From Trueperaceae bacterium (GTDB taxonomy: Bacteria > Deinococcota > Deinococci > Deinococcales > Trueperaceae), in assembly GCA_034521815.1 (NCBI GenBank), contig JAXHLW010000013.1, positions 352,001 to 416,000 of the forward strand: a stretch of DNA of 64,000 bases, in the 5' to 3' direction. The position numbers and the translations under genes are program-made. Below are positions 63,912 to 64,000 of the stretch, piece after piece. Numbering within the stretch: the first letter of the stretch is position 1; each line of letters begins with the position of its first letter. The notes under the pieces were generated by a model that saw only the letters and a program-made list of their open reading frames with translations, did no database searches and was not told where the DNA came from.

Positions 63912-63942
63912 GTTGACAAAGACAGACTCACATTCGTACCAT
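63912..63942 (+). promoter_or_regulatory. sigma70 promoter overlapped by a degenerate HAIR (HspR operator)
   Basis: TTGACA-18 nt-TACCAT; gTTGACA-N7-ACTCACa versus consensus CTTGAGT-N7-ACTCAAG. Confidence 0.6.
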
Positions 63943-63948
63943 CGGGGC

Positions 63949-64000
63949 ATGGATGCTGAACGGTTCACACGATCGTCGCTCGAGATGCTGCAATCCGCGC
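63949..64000 (+). CDS. clpB: Probable N-terminus of the ClpB chaperone (truncated by the window edge)
   Basis: MDAERFTRSSLEMLQSA resembles Clp N-termini; HAIR-like operator upstream; only 17 codons visible. Confidence 0.5.
   Translation, partial: MDAERFTRSSLEMLQSA

Overview
Very GC-rich (about 70%+ by eye) bacterial chromosome segment, densely packed with housekeeping genes. It is most consistent with Deinococcota (Truepera/Thermus-like): the V/A-type ATP synthase operon has the Thermus order G-I-K-E-C-F-A-B-D, and many genes have a -10 box 5-8 nt before the start codon (leaderless layout). Contents in order: thrC (partial), MBL hydrolase, S41 peptidase, PfkB kinase, rsmA, carD, osmC, ABC exporter, acetoacetate-CoA ligase, alpha-glucoside ABC importer, DUF4388 pseudo-receiver protein, ruvB, PRTase-gghA-dnaG, V/A-ATPase, a heavily frameshifted aapJQMP amino-acid importer, pilT-like ATPase, rimO, folC, serS, gatC, a TetR regulator, a six-gene amidase/YtkA/polyferredoxin/DD-carboxypeptidase/DUF554 cluster, phoU and phoBR-like genes, GT2, patatin, arginase, zwf, tyrS, pfkA, pntAA/pntAB/pntB and the start of clpB. 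I saw no rRNA, tRNA, CRISPR array or mobile element. Best leads: (1) an AapQ permease with a ~215-aa insertion carrying two SdrD-B-like Ca2+-binding motifs; (2) a possible copper/redox module interleaved with peptidoglycan hydrolases; (3) mirror-image Pho-box-like repeats between phoU and phoB. All family calls come from motif recognition by eye; no searches were run.
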